Assembly: GCA_026770705.1 (NCBI GenBank)
Contig: JANJGN010000022.1
Coordinates: 56,978,001 to 57,042,000, forward strand
Source: Isurus oxyrinchus
Lineage: Eukaryota
DNA length: 64,000 bases
Direction of reading: 5' to 3'
In this document: in pieces, positions 25,805-39,177 of the stretch
How the letters are laid out: the number at the start of each line of letters is the position of its first letter
Position numbering within the stretch: position 1 is the first letter of the stretch
Position numbers and translations under genes: made by a program
The notes under the pieces: model-generated
The model's database searches: none
The model's input: only the letters and a program-made list of their open reading frames with translations
Told to the model about the DNA's origin: nothing

Positions 25805-26849
25805 ATCCATTCACTTTTCTATAAGCGTTTCCATAAGCTTTTCTGTACTACCAAATGACTATATGTATTTTCCTCTGTTTGGCATCCTGCTGTTGAAGTG
25901 GCAACATCTAGCTAATAAAAAACTGATTAAGAACTGTCACTTCCAGCCTGATCATGTAGAGAGCAAACTGATTCTGTTCACATTTGGTGGTTTAAAATAA
26001 AACAAAAATGGAAAATAGTACAATCTGGGTTGTGCATAAAATAACATCCTGAAACCCTACAAGGAGCCTTGAGACTGTGATGACAGTGATGAACTACCAC
26101 AACCTCAGTTCAACCTCTTGATGTGCTGCCTTGCGGCATCTCGCTGATGGGTTTATCCTGTTGGAACTGAGAAAAGCACCAAACCATTTCCTACCCCTAA
26201 TAGCAAATTGTAGGTTAGGGTACAGCTTGTGTTTCATCTTAACTATTGCATTCCATGTGGCTGTAAGTCTCAAAAGCAAGTTGAGCACATTGTTCTTGCA
26301 TCAGGAGAAAGGAAAACGACACTTTGACAGAGGAACCATTACCACTTTTGTATTTAATCTGCTCCCTATTGCAGGGATAAACTTGACTCCTTGTAATTTA
26401 ATTCGTCAGCCTTTGCTTTCACTTCCCACTCCCACCCCTCCGAATCGCGCAGCACCATTGGGTGGCTTCCAGATGCTGCAGTTGCTAAGGGCAATCCGGC
26501 TTTCAATGTCGGAGGGTCTTAAAAACAGAAGTGATATTGACAGTTAGGGCAGAGAGGATCAGAAATCATGGCTACCGTGAGGCTGAATCATTGCAGTCCA
26601 CTTTGCTTCTCTCCTGTACCCATAGTAAAGTGATTTGCTACTCTTTACCTAAGTAGATCTTCCTCAGGCAAAAGGAAGATTACCGAAGCAAAGGAAAATT
26701 TGTTTAGCAGGGCCTTTTCCTTCTGCTAACCAGCTGCATTGCTGCTTGTGGCCGCTTTAACATCTTTCTTAAATTGCTTTAATTTTTCTTGCTGCCGGTA
26801 ATTTCCCCCTGCAGCAATGAAGCTCTGCATCAGAGACGGACGGCAGAAG

Positions 26850-26965
26850 GAGATGTTAGGACAGATATTCAAAGGCTTTGGTCAAAGAGCTAGGATTTAA
26901 GGAGCACTTTAAAGGAGGAGAGAGAGGTGGAGAGGTTTAGGAGGGAAATTGCAGATCTTAGGAAC
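26850..26965 (-). mobile_element. L2-type LINE 3' fragment
   Basis: ttggtcaaagag.tagg.tttaaggag...gagaggtggagaggtttag matches 51550-51640. Confidence 0.55.
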
Positions 26966-27794
26966 TAGTCCAAATAAGGGTGGGGATCGAGGGGGGGGGG
27001 GTGCGGGACAGCGACTCAATCTGAAGATGGCCATGCTACATTACCTCTTGCCTTACAGATGAAAACTATGGAAAAGTTTGACTTTAACAGCAAAGGGGCT
27101 GGAATTTTTAGCTGCAGAACCTCTTTCTATTGTGGCCTTTGTACTTCACGCAGGCTATAAAATACTTTTTCCATGCCTTTGACTTGAAATATCGTATGTA
27201 AAGATGAATATCTGGAGCCAGGATATATTGTCTTCTTAAATTGCATTCTTTATTAATGACCTGTATGGGGAAGGGTCAAAGCATCATTTTCTGTGCTCTC
27301 AGTTCGAACATGTTTTCCATTATTGGCGAAATGTTTGATTACTTTCTGTTCACCCTTAATGTAAAGCACAGCAGGTAGTCAGTTATTTCTTTGCCCCAGC
27401 AGGCACACTGCAGATATTTTATGATGTGAGGGAACCCCATGAGCACAAAGCAGATTGAATTCAGATCATGTGAGACCTTTAGGGTTTGCACACTGTGATG
27501 ATTAAGAAGTGAAGTTGCCATCCACAATTAATGCTTGATTGGTTACCGTGTCAGAGGGGTGCTTTCCTGCAATGACTGCTGGATGGCCAAAGCTATATCA
27601 ATCATAGTCCGAGACTTAGAGCAGTCTACGATGAAGGAAGCCCATTTAGCCAATCAAAAGTCATCCCTCTAGTCCTCCAATTGTCCCAGCATACCATCCA
27701 ATTGCATTTGGAAACTCTTATGTCACTGTCTCAATATATTTGCCTGGCAGCTAGCTCTTATCCTTTGAGTAAAGAAGTTGTTTCAACTGAGTTT

Positions 27795-28177
27795 ATTTTT
27801 ATTCATTCTTTCATGGGAGTGGGCTTTGCTGGCAAGGCCAACATTTGTTGCCTACCCCTAATTGCCTCTGAACTGAGTGGCTTGCTAGGCCATTTCAGAG
27901 GGCAGTTAAGCGTTAACCACCTTGCTGTGGACCTGGAGTCACGTGTAGGCCAGACCAGCAGATTTCCTTCCCGAAAGGGCATTAGTGTACCAGATAGGTT
28001 TTTGTGGCAATTGACAATGGTTCATGGTCACCGTTACTGAGACTCTTTTTTAATTCCAAATTATTAATTCAACTTAAATTCCACCAGCTGCCATGGTGGG
28101 ATTTGAACTCTTGGCCTCAGAACATTAACCTGGACCTCTGGATTACTAGTCCAATGACATTACACACTATGCCACCA
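27795..28177 (-). mobile_element. HE1-like tRNA-derived SINE with an HER1-LINE-type 3' tail
   Basis: Minus-strand head ggtggcatagtg...ggactagtaatccag...gagttcaaatcccacc (A/B boxes). Its 3' end matches the LINE tail at ~5930-5995. Confidence 0.85.
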
Positions 28178-29248
28178 TCACCTGCAGAAAGGAACTTACT
28201 GCCTTGGTTCCTATATTCTGATGATTTAATCTGATGTAAACCCAATGGGTTTAAGGTATGGATGGGGTGAGAAGCAGAAATACGAATGTTGGAACAATAC
28301 ACCATTTTACCTTTAAATTCCACGAGAGCAAGGGGCAGTGCAAGATAAGTTTGTCCCAGCAAAAATGCAGACTTGCAAATGATTGGTTTAACAAAGATGC
28401 CATCATAAATTCTAAAATACGAGACTAAACCTTAGGATCCACTGCTGATCTAACTTATATTATGATAAAACAAGGGGTCATTTGGACCAAGAGCTGAGTA
28501 AGGCTAGTCATGGGATCTAAAAGCTGATTCATTGGGCTCCATGCTGTTAGATAGAGACTCGTGATTTTAGATTTGTATTTTGTCAATCTGTTCTTGTTGT
28601 TTATTTAGAAGGCACCTAGTTTCAATGAGGAATTCCCCTAAAGTGAAGGAAAGGCAGCAGAATATATTGCCTCCTCTTTATGACTGAGTAGAGCAGGAAG
28701 AACAGCAGGCAACCTCCGAAGCTGGACCTGTAAGGCAGGAGATCCAGATCTTTCTGAAGCTACCAGCCCTAGGTTAATATATCTATGGAGTTAAGTGGTA
28801 GGAGGCTTCTGTGTCCATATAAGATGTGGACAGACGATACCAGTATAGTTTCTTCTCCAGCATGCTCTGCATGCCTCTCTTTCTGATGGTGCTGCAAAGG
28901 ATGGCATTGACCTCCACTGCTATCTGCCTTCCTTAGAGTCTTTTCATATGGTTCTGATTCTCTGCAATCATTTCTTCTTGTGTGAGAGGATCACTGAGAT
29001 CATTGTTTGAATGCTGAGGTCAGCACATCATGTCTCACCTTCAATTTCACCACCTGTCTTACTTAGGAATGTGAATTGCCCCATGTCAATTCCTCAGTTA
29101 GACCACCTGCATCATCCAGAGTTAACCTGCCTGAGCTGGGGATTGCAAGCGATAGGGATCATGGCAAATGGGTCAGTTTCGATGCCAGGTATTGAACATT
29201 TTGCTTTTGGTTTGTTCTCTCTCTCTCTCTCTCTCTTTCTCTCTACAG

Positions 29249-29274
29249 ATCTTGCTTTCTTTCAACTTCTGTAG
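29249..29274 (+). other. Candidate short terminal exon, phase 1: (D)LAFFQLL*
   Basis: (CT)n polypyrimidine tract and TACAG acceptor at 29248, TAG at 29272, AATAAA at 29297. Host gene unknown. Confidence 0.25.
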
Positions 29275-32200
29275 AGATAAGAAGAATGCAAAATGTAATA
29301 AACATTCCTTTCCTGTTAGACTCGTGTATATGGATCTCCTCAGAGTACAAGCCTCAAAAGGGAGGAAGCCCTTTTTGAACATCAGTGTTTAATCAGCACA
29401 AATCCACTCATGCTTCCATTGCCTACAGCATTCGCTGAATGAGTTCCCAGGATTTGCTTTGATTCCCCTTCCTGCTGTAACCTGTCCATATGTACAAGCT
29501 ATTCCTGCATAACTAAAGAACGCTTGTTATTGTCAGTCACAGGCTGCTGAATTTAACAACTATCTGAGAACTGTCTTTGCTTCTATTGTGCAATTCCCAT
29601 CCAAAGTAGTGAACCTGCAATTGGCAAGTGTACATTGTATGATGCTCCTTCTATTTAATTGAAATGCTCCCTGCGAAGGTGATGCCTTTCAAACTGCGGT
29701 AACAATTTTTTTTGCATAAATAGAGGTCTGTAGTCTGAATGAGGTTGACCATGCTCCGGAATTATCCAGGATTATCCCAGAATAGAAGATGAATCTCCCG
29801 GACCCTGCTGCTAGCAACCTGGGAGAATGGGCACCTACTCCCAGCTCCCCCTGCCAGGATTCTTGAACCCAAACTCCCAGTAATGATGGGGTTGCAGGGG
29901 TGGAGGTTAAATTTCTGGGCACAGCAGCAGATCCATGTCCCGTTTGGTAGTATCAACCTGCCATGCACACCACCACTCCTTCACCCCCTCCAGTGCAGGG
30001 GGCCAGCACTGCCTGGCACCATCCAGTGCAGGCTGATTTTAACTTCACTCCCGCACCATCCCAAACCTCTGCCAGTTCCAACGGACTAGTTTAACAAAAG
30101 TGCATTCCCTGAGAAGCCTCCTCAGTGTATCGGTATCTCCATAGCCCTGCTGCACCAACCAAGAATTTCCACAGGACAGAACTGTAGCTTGCTACACTAT
30201 CTACAGCTGGCACCAGTATGAGTGGAGTTAGTACTTGACTAGCTAACTAGCTATTGCACACAAATTACAGAACAGCCACATGTCTGGATGTGAATGCAGG
30301 ATGTGAGGAGATTGTTAAGTGCATAGGATATATTAATGATTTAAAGTAGCGAACCAGCATTGCATGAGTTGCAGGGAACGGTTACATTAATGTAATCTTC
30401 CCTCATACGTTTCCTGTTTCCTAAGAGGCATATAGTTCCTTACAGGTCTCACCCAGTAATATTTCAATCTGCCATTCTTTGGATTTCCAATGTGGTCAGC
30501 ATTGGGTCAGAGGGTGAGCCTAATTTCCTGGCCAATGCACATACTGTTGGAATGTTTGAGGTTGTTGCAACTATCAATGTTGTATATACATTACAATATA
30601 GAGTAAGCATAGCAGCATTAATGGAGCTATGCACCTTTATTTAATGCGACTGAGCATTCAGCCCACAGGCTGGTAGTATCGTCTCTTCATTGCTGCCCTG
30701 TGCATATCCTCCACAGCCATTGGGAAGATCAGGCACCCTCAATAAGCATTGCTTAACACTGGTGCCACAACTTAAAGATGGTTGCCAACTCTGGTGGAAT
30801 GTATTCCTCAATGTTTCATCCCATGATGTCCTGCTTACCCCCCTCCTGATCGCCGTTAGAGACAAGAATTGTTCAAAGAGAATAATAAAAGCACACTTTC
30901 TTAAATGCACTTATCAATTTTATTCAGGGTAGCTTGCAGTAGTATGCTGGAGATCAGTCCTCAATTCCTGGACACTCCAGGCCAATCCTGGAAGGTTGGC
31001 AACCATGGAGCACTAGGACCTAAAAGAAAGAGATGTTTGTATTTGAAGTAGCAGCATATAATGAAAGTTGAGGAGGTTCTGAAATGAGGATGGTACCTGT
31101 AAACTATTGCCATTAAGTATTTTAATATTGCACCCTCTGCCCCATTTAAAGCTCATTAAACTTAAAAAATAAGCTTTACATCTTTTCTGGGGAAGTTATC
31201 AGAGCTACAGTAGCACCAGTTCCTGAGTGTTGTGTGCATTTTAATAGCTTTAATTAAACTACCAAATAGAGCTGTTTCTTGAGTTTATAAGCTTAATATG
31301 AACACTTACTTTCAAATAATTAACTTCCTTCTGCCTCTTGTAAGGCAAAAGCTGAGAGCTATTCAGACGCCACCTAATTAATATTTCAAGGGTGGATCAT
31401 ACTCATTCATTTATGAACTGCGCACTACACTGTGCTTAATCTCCTAGGTGCTACTGAAAGGGCTGCTGGGACAGCAGTGGCAGACGGATGAAAAGACTGT
31501 TTTAAATTGAAAGTTGTATGAATTATGTATTTTAATTATGAAAGAAAAATCTACTGTGTTCATATTATTTAGAGGTTTGTAATGTGTGTATGTGTAATTT
31601 ATGAATAGTGAGAAAGTTCAGTAAATTGATGAGTGTATAAAAAATTTCATATTATTTTATGACGTTTGAGGAGTTCAGAGACAGAACTGGTGAAGCCCGG
31701 ATTTCAGAGGATCAAGAACAAGAAGTTGCATTTATATAGCGGCTTCATATAGTACACATCTCAAACATAGATGCTTTATGGGGGTTGGGGGGGAGTGCGG
31801 TTATCGAACAAAATTTTACACAAAACTACAAGAAGTTATAAAGTCATAATATGGCACAGAAGGAAACCATTTGGCCCATCAAGTCTCTCTATAGAGTAAT
31901 CCAATCAATCCCATTTCTCTGCCCTATCCCCTGCAAATTAATTACCCTTGATAGAAATGTGATGTTTTTAAAGTTGTATTTTTGGCTACTGTGTTTTAAT
32001 TTAGGGCAAGATGGAGCAATGAAGAGGATCGTGTGACCTGTTCTGAATTCTACTGACAACAACCTTGTGGGTGGTTTGGCTGTTGAAGGTTAGAGGGTCG
32101 GCCTAGATGGATTTACTGGGAAGAATGAAGTGTATTTCAACCTGTGAAATGATTCAGTGATTCTGTAAACAATGACCAGAATGGCAGGGCTGATGGTGGA

Positions 32201-33054
32201 TAGGCTGTTTGGGCTGGATTTTCATGTTAGATGTTGGGTAGCAGGAGTTGGGAAATTTTCCAGCTTGGCATGTCCACCTCGGGGAATAGTGCCCGGAAAC
32301 AGTTCGGAGGTGGCCACTGCAGCTGCTTAGTGCCGAGGCGGACTGTTCTTGAATTGCCAGTTGTTTGGAAGTTGCTGCCCTTTGTTAGCTTTCGAGGCTG
32401 GCATGAACAAACCAGTGTCTGTAATCTTGAGGGAAAACCGTTCAAACCTAAGCACAAGTTATTGGCTGTGAGAGGGTTAATGTGCCGGCAGGAATTGAAA
32501 GTTGCCACCTCATAATTCATTTTGGACTGTGAATACCTTACGCACATTGTTGGCTCCTCTTTATCAAGATAATATAGCTTCCAAGTGACACTGAATTAAG
32601 TAACTCATCTTAATCAGATTACTGCTTCTTTCATTGCCCCTGTGTGGGATTGCTGCTTATGTAACCAAGCCAATAACCTCGCTGTTTACTCACAGCGCTG
32701 GATCTACGTCCTGCATGATTTAAATGATTCAAATGTTTCCTCTTGAGTAAACTTGTGTAAAGTACTTGAATGGAGAGGACACTGCTCTGCCGACTGGCTG
32801 TGTTCTCGAATTCCTCTCCGTTTTGTGGCTCAATCTCCTCCTTTTGTTGATAAGTGCATTGTCCGAGACAGAAGCCTTTTCCACAGTCAGTCAGATGTGA
32901 AGGCATTTTGTGGGAGGTTTTTGTGAGTCTCTCTCCAGCACTAAGTTGTATAATAGGGGATGCTAGTAATATGAGGATTCGTGGAGAATTGCAACAAGTA
33001 AACATTTATTCAGTTAGTCTCACTTTTATTATTCGCACATTGAGATCCTTTAAT

Positions 33055-34215
33055 AGAAATCACAGAATCACAGATTGTTACAGCGCAGGAGGCCATTCAG
33101 CCCATTATGTCTGCACCAGCCCTCCAATTGAGTAATTCACCTAATGTCATTCTCCCGCCTTCTCCCCTGTAATACTGCACATTTCCAAATAACGGTCTAA
33201 TTTCCTTTTGAATGCTTCAATTGAACCAGCTTCCACCATACTCTCAGAATTCCAGACCCCAGCACTCGCTGCGTGAAAAAGTTTCTCCTCCTATCACCTT
33301 TGTTTCTTTTGCCAATTACTTTAAATCTGTGCCTTCTCATTTTCGAGCATTTCACTAGTGGAAACAGTTTCTGCCTATCTACCCTGTCCAGACCCCTCCT
33401 GGTTTTAAATACCTCTATCAAATCTCCCCTCAATATTCTCTCCAAGGAAAACAGACCCAGCTTCTCCATTCTTTCTTCATAACTGAAGTTCCTCATCCCT
33501 GGCATCATGCTCTTGAATCTTTCCTGTACCCTCTCCAATATCTTCACATCCTTCCTAAAGTGCAATGCCCAGAGCTGGACACAATACTCCAGCTGAGGCT
33601 GAACTAATGTCTTATATAAGTTTAACGTAACCTCCTTGCTTTTGTACTCAATGCCCCTATTAATAAAACCTAGGTTACTGTGTGCTTTACTAACCACTCT
33701 CTCTCAACCCGTCCCACCACCTTCAATGAATTATGCACATATACACCCAGGTCGCTCTGCTCCTGCACCCCCTTTAGAGTTGTAAATTTATTTTACATTG
33801 TCTCTCCATATTCTTCCTACAAAAATGAATCACTTCACATTTCTCCACATTGAACTTCATCTGTCACTTGTCCTTCCATTCCTCCAGCTTGTCTATGTCC
33901 TTTTGAAGATCTACACTGCCCTCCTGACGGTTCACAAATGTTTCCAAATTTCACGTCATCTGCAAAGTTTGAAATTGTGTCTGTACACCAAGGTCTAGTT
34001 TATTAATATACATCAGGAAGCGCAAGGCTCTCAATACTGAGCCCTGAGGAACTCCACTGCAAACTTTCCTCCAACTCGAAATCTCCATTAACCACTGCTC
34101 TTTGTTTCTGTCACTCAGCCAATTTCGTATCCATGTTGCTACTGTCCCTTTTATTCCATGAGCTATAACTTTGCTCACAAGTCTGTTGTCTGGCATTGTA
34201 TCAAATGCCTTTTTT
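33055..34215 (-). mobile_element. CR1 LINE 3' fragment
   Basis: KAFDTMPD, GVPQGSVL and LYKTLVQPQLEYCVQLW...RRNFFTQRV, with a tail ending ctgtgattctgtg. Confidence 0.92.
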
Positions 34216-34317
34216 AAATTCATTACATTATTGGACTGGAAAATATGAAAGAATTTAGTGGATAGATAATATTTCAGCACAGTAAATGCATACAGCTCAC
34301 AGTACCAGAGTATCTCT

Positions 34318-34950
34318 ATGGTACAGAAGGAGGCCATTCAGCCCATCAAGTCTGCACTGGCTCTCTGAAAGAGCATTCCACCTAGCCCCACTCCCCTGCC
34401 TTATCCCTGTAACTTAGTACATTCTTCAGGAAGAAATCCACTTCCCTTTTGAATACCTCGATTGCACCTGTCTCCAGCACCTTTCAGGAAGTTTGTTCCA
34501 GACTCCAACCACCCTCTGGGTGAAAACATTTCTCCTCACATCACACTTGCACCTTTTGCCAATTATTTTGAATCTGTGCCCGTTAGTTCTTGATGCTCCC
34601 TTCAGTGGGAACAGTTTCTCACTATTTACCCTGGTTATACCCCTCAGGACCTTGAATACCTCTATCAAGTCTCCTTTCAGCCTTCTTTTCTCCAAGGAAA
34701 ACAGTCCCAACCTCCCCAATCTATCCTTTCTCATACAGTTCTTCATCCCGGGAATCATTCTTGTGAATCTCCTCTGTACTCTCTCCAATGCCTTCACATC
34801 CTTCCTCAAGCATGGCACCCAGAACTGGACGCAGTACTCCAGATGAGGCCTAACTAGTGTCTTATACAAGTTCAACATGTCCTCCTTACTCTTGTACTCA
34901 ATGCCCCTATTAATAAAGCCTAAGATACTATCTGCTTTATTAATGGCTCT
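34318..34950 (-). mobile_element. CR1 LINE 3' fragment
   Basis: MLNLYKTLVRPHLEYCVQFWVPCLRKDVKALERVQRRFTRMIPG...FTQRVVGVWN. Confidence 0.92.
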
Positions 34951-35075
34951 CTGTATTGGTTTGTTGCTATCTCAATGCCTTTTTTTTTTCACATTGACAC
35001 AATGATTTATTATGTTTTCTGTTGAATTATTATCAACCCAAAAAAATCCAGTTATATTTAATTAAAAAAAACATT

Positions 35076-35828
35076 GTCCCTGATATTTACCAGGCGGTGG
35101 GCAAGAGCAGGGTTGTGGGGCCAGTTTTCAGGTCATGAAATCTGTTGCCCAGTCATAGCCAGCTGGATTGAGAGGGTGGCTGCCTGCTGGGAGGTTAAAC
35201 CTTTCGACACCAGGCTGCAGCCTAGGAGCGGGGAGGAAGGAGGCAGAGATCAGGGATGTGGATGTGTGGTGAGGGAACATTGATGGCGCAGGCATTGGTG
35301 TGGGGGGGCTGGGATGACGAGTGCTGGTGGGCTGCTGGGAGTCAACGGGGGAGGAGGGGAGAATATTGCAGCGGTAGGCATGTGGAGAGCATCGAGAGGG
35401 CCTTGGATACTGGGAATGGGAGCACTCTGATTTCTGGGGAGGTTAACAGTTTTCCTTAGCGGGCTGGAAGTAAGTACTACTGCTCCTTCTGGCCCACAAG
35501 CAGTGCTGGAAAGGCTTTAACTTCCTCCACCTGGCAGGTCTCAGCTCCTTTAGGCTGCTGCGTTCCTGGAGGTCTGGTAGAGCCAGCCAACCAGTGTTAA
35601 AACTGGAATAGGGAAAAAAAATCTGAGACATGCTGCCTCATTAAAATATTTACATGACTAATCCCCCTCCCCCCTTCCCGCATCTATTAAAACCGGAAGT
35701 GGGTGTTTTTTCAGTTTTGCGTTTGAGATTTTTTGTACTTTTACTTCCCACCTAATCCAAAGCTATCTATTTTTTTGGGGGACGGGGGGGGGGGTGGGGG
35801 GGGGGGGGGTGGGGGTTAATATTTTCTC
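35076..35828. mobile_element. GC-rich non-autonomous DNA-transposon-like element
   Basis: Weak inverted ends (gatatttacc / ggttaatat), a GC-rich body and a subterminal G-run. The start resembles 43644. Confidence 0.45.
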
Positions 35829-36221
35829 ATTAGGTCTGTCCCCTCAAAATTTAGACCAATTCCCTTAGAATTTGGTGCCACAGTGGAAATGTATCTCTAA
35901 AGTTCCCAGGATAGAGGACTCAATCTCTTCATTATCCTAAGAGGAATCGTGGTAATCTCGCAGTGGGATATGCAGCATTGGACAGGAAAAGGCGGGACAA
36001 CGCCCTGGGATGGGTTTGTAACGACACACGGTCAACAAATAGATGTGGATGATAAAAAAGCATGTAGCCCAACCAACTCAACATGCAGAAAAGAAAAACT
36101 TAAACCCTTCTCTCTAGCAGCCTTACAATGCACAGCAGCTTAGGATCCCTGCTTTCCGACACCCGGTTCTGCTTACTTACCTGGACAACTCTTACATTGA
36201 TTCTAAATGCTGCATCTTTGC

Positions 36222-37048
36222 ACGGTCAGGTGATTTTTACCAGAAAGCTTTCGAACTCTAGCCTTCCTCCGGGATTAGGAATGCAGGCTAAGTTGAATGG
36301 CTGCGGTAGTGGCTACACTCATCGGTCAGAAAGCTGGCTGCAATCCCAGAAACCTTGATGGGATTAAATGTCAATCAGGCAGTTAACTCTTTGCTACCAG
36401 GGCTCCTTGGCCTTTAATAACGAGGATCCTGCCTCCAAGAGGCTGCCAGACAATCAGAGGACTGGCAGCTCTTCAGTCCCAGTAGCGCCACTAGGAGCGG
36501 TGGCAGGTATTGGGACTGCAGGAGGCCCAGAACAGCAGCATCACCCTGAAGAGAGGTGAGTGAGGCAGGCTTGGTGGGGCCAGTCTCTGGCAAGCTCTGG
36601 CAAAAGGTGGCAACCGTTGTGGAGGGCATGAGGGGCTCTTCCAGCGAGGAAGGCACTTGGCACCTGGGGGGGGCGGTGGGGGGGGGGGCAGTTGGGGTTG
36701 AGGGGTGGTGCCCTCCATGGGTCACAGGGTGCCCGATCACAAGGGCCTCCAGCTTCCCCAGGCTCACAAGAGACCTCCAGGATACATAGTGTTTATGTAC
36801 CCCCATCCCCGAACCAGGGTGAGGCTCTTAATTTGACACTTGAGGGCCTCAATTGTCTCTGGGTGGGAAGAACGTTTTTGAACTTCCTCACCACTGACCT
36901 AATCGGGGAGGGGTGGGGGGAGTCGGGAAGGTGATGGGCTCTCCACCGTACGCGTTCCAACGTGATTATATGACCCCTGACCCTCCTTACCCCCACCTCC
37001 GAACCCACTCCTGGCGGCAGGGGTGAGGGGGGACATTAAATTCCACCC
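36222..37048. mobile_element. GC-rich non-autonomous Harbinger-like element
   Basis: GC-rich island ending taaattccaccc (GGGTGGAATTT-type TIR), with an internal G-run. Confidence 0.5.
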
Positions 37049-38353
37049 ACAATGTGCAACACATGACATTGTGCCAGTCACTGGCCATTGTCCCTCGGAC
37101 TGTGACCTATTTGATTCTGCGATGCCAATCCAGAAACTTCTGAAGCATAAGCCAGACACAAAAAATCTACTTATTAAATCAAAAATATCTTTTCCAGTGC
37201 ACTATTCTGCCAAGTGGAAGAATTAACTAAAAAATGCAAAGCATTAACTGAGGGCTGTTCTGGGCAATAAATCTATATTATAACTTGGTTTTCGTCCCTT
37301 GAATTCACTCATGGCACCATAAGGGGTTAAAAACAAGCCACACTCATGTCCAAAACTGGCTTGTGGAAACAATGTTGTGAGAAGCTCCTGGTTGTTTCCT
37401 ATCAATCTGTCCAAGGGAGGCCATTTAATTCAATGATCAACATGGAGTGTGATTGTTTTGGATACAAGTATAATTAGGAGTTTTATCAAATACAAAGCCA
37501 GTCATGTAACTTCTGCCTGGCTCCAGCTACAGCTTTATCAGTTCTCTCCTTTTCAAATCTTTAAGCTCATCTGCGGCTTTTTGCATGGGTCCCCTGGTTA
37601 TCTTCGAAGGAAATCTTTCAAACCCTTTCAAAGTGTTAGGTGGCCAAACATCTAGGTAGTTCCAGAGAATATAAAAAAACAGCCACATGTATAAAAGTGA
37701 ATTATAGTTTGTAATATTGTACAGAGATTGTGAATCATTTATATTTTCACGAGTTAGTACAATCAAGATCATATATATAATAGTTATTCGCTCGTTAATT
37801 TACTATTCCACACATCTGTTTGGCAATTCAGCTTAAATCAAGATCAAGAACAGTGTCAATGTGCCACTTCTGGAAGATAAGGAGTATTAACATAGCTGTA
37901 GTTGAAGCAATGAATTAAGGATTTATTTTTCATTATCATGGGGATGTAAGCATGTTTAGCTAGACTTAAGGTCACTGTAAACACTCGTAAAGACGCAATG
38001 AGTGAGAGCTCACCCACGAGAGCAATTTGAAGCAGAGAACCAAAAGTATATCTAGATTATAAGAAATGGGAGTCTCTTTTAAACAGTATGGTCCATTAGC
38101 TACAACGCAGTAATGCATCACCTGCTCTTGGCCTTGGCCATTAGGGGATGCTCTGCTAAAGCAACTCGATCCTCTTTCTTGCCTTTGTTTCTTTCCCTCT
38201 GGGCCAGCAACTCACACAATTGTGCCAGACCTGATAAATCCAGTACTCGGCAATCAGCATGCAGGACTCAAAAACTAGTCCATGCGACATTTTGTGAGTG
38301 CTGTTCCACTACCTGCACTCCCAAGTTCAGATATAAAATGTTACAGAAAAATG

Positions 38354-38523
38354 TTTTTCTTGATTCATTTACGGGATGTGGGCATCGCTGGCTGTGCCAG
38401 CATTTATTGTCCATCCCTAATTGCCTTTGAGAAGGTGGTGGTGAGCTGCCTTCTTGAACCGCTGCGGTCCCTGTGGTATAGGTAAATCCACCGTGCTATT
38501 AGGGAGGGAGTTCCAGGATTTTG
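38354..38523 (-). mobile_element. HER1-like LINE 3' tail
   Basis: Reverse complement of 5830-5995 (gggatgtgggc..cagcatttattg..gagaaggtggtggtgagctgccttcttgaaccgctgc). Confidence 0.85.
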
Positions 38524-38783
38524 TGAGAAGGGGCGAAAACAAAACCTATTATTGCCACTCAACGTGAATTTAACTCTTGTAGTTACTACAAAGGACTATC
38601 AACAATTTGGATACAATTAAACTGGGCCTAATGTAACTTAACATTCGGCGCTGGATATTGCAGTATAAAGTGCAGTGCTATATGTTGGAAACCGTGTGAC
38701 TTTAGCAGAGCTGATGAGTTGAGACAAGTTGTCTTGAAAACAAGAATGGGAGAAAAACAGTTTTTTGTTCCATCAAACCCACT

Positions 38784-39075
38784 TATGGTAATCTGAGGTG
38801 TAATACACCTTTAAGAGAATGTGAGCAGATTGACCACGTGACTGAAATACCCAATAGCTGTGTAGTGCGGGCTACCATGTTAATGTTAGTCTAGAGTAGG
38901 GTCTGGCTGGAGAAACACATATCATGTTAGTGCTCTGTTGGTTGTGTAAATAAATAGTATGTGCTTCATTTCATATTGGTCTCTGCATCTGCTGTATATT
39001 GTAATCGACTCACCTGCCGACAGATAAACATGCAACCGGTTCACAAGCAAAGCCACCCCGTGGTAGAACATAACA
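38784..39075 (+). repeat. 5' LTR
   Basis: Direct repeat of 43183-43474, about 23 substitutions by hand count, and containing AATAAA. Confidence 0.92.
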
Positions 39076-39177
39076 ACTGACAATGAGGCAAAACATGACC
39101 AATTGACGACACCAAGGAAAGCTGTGAAAACTCAACTGTCATGAATCAGCCGTGCCCTGTGGCGATTGTAAGTCGCC

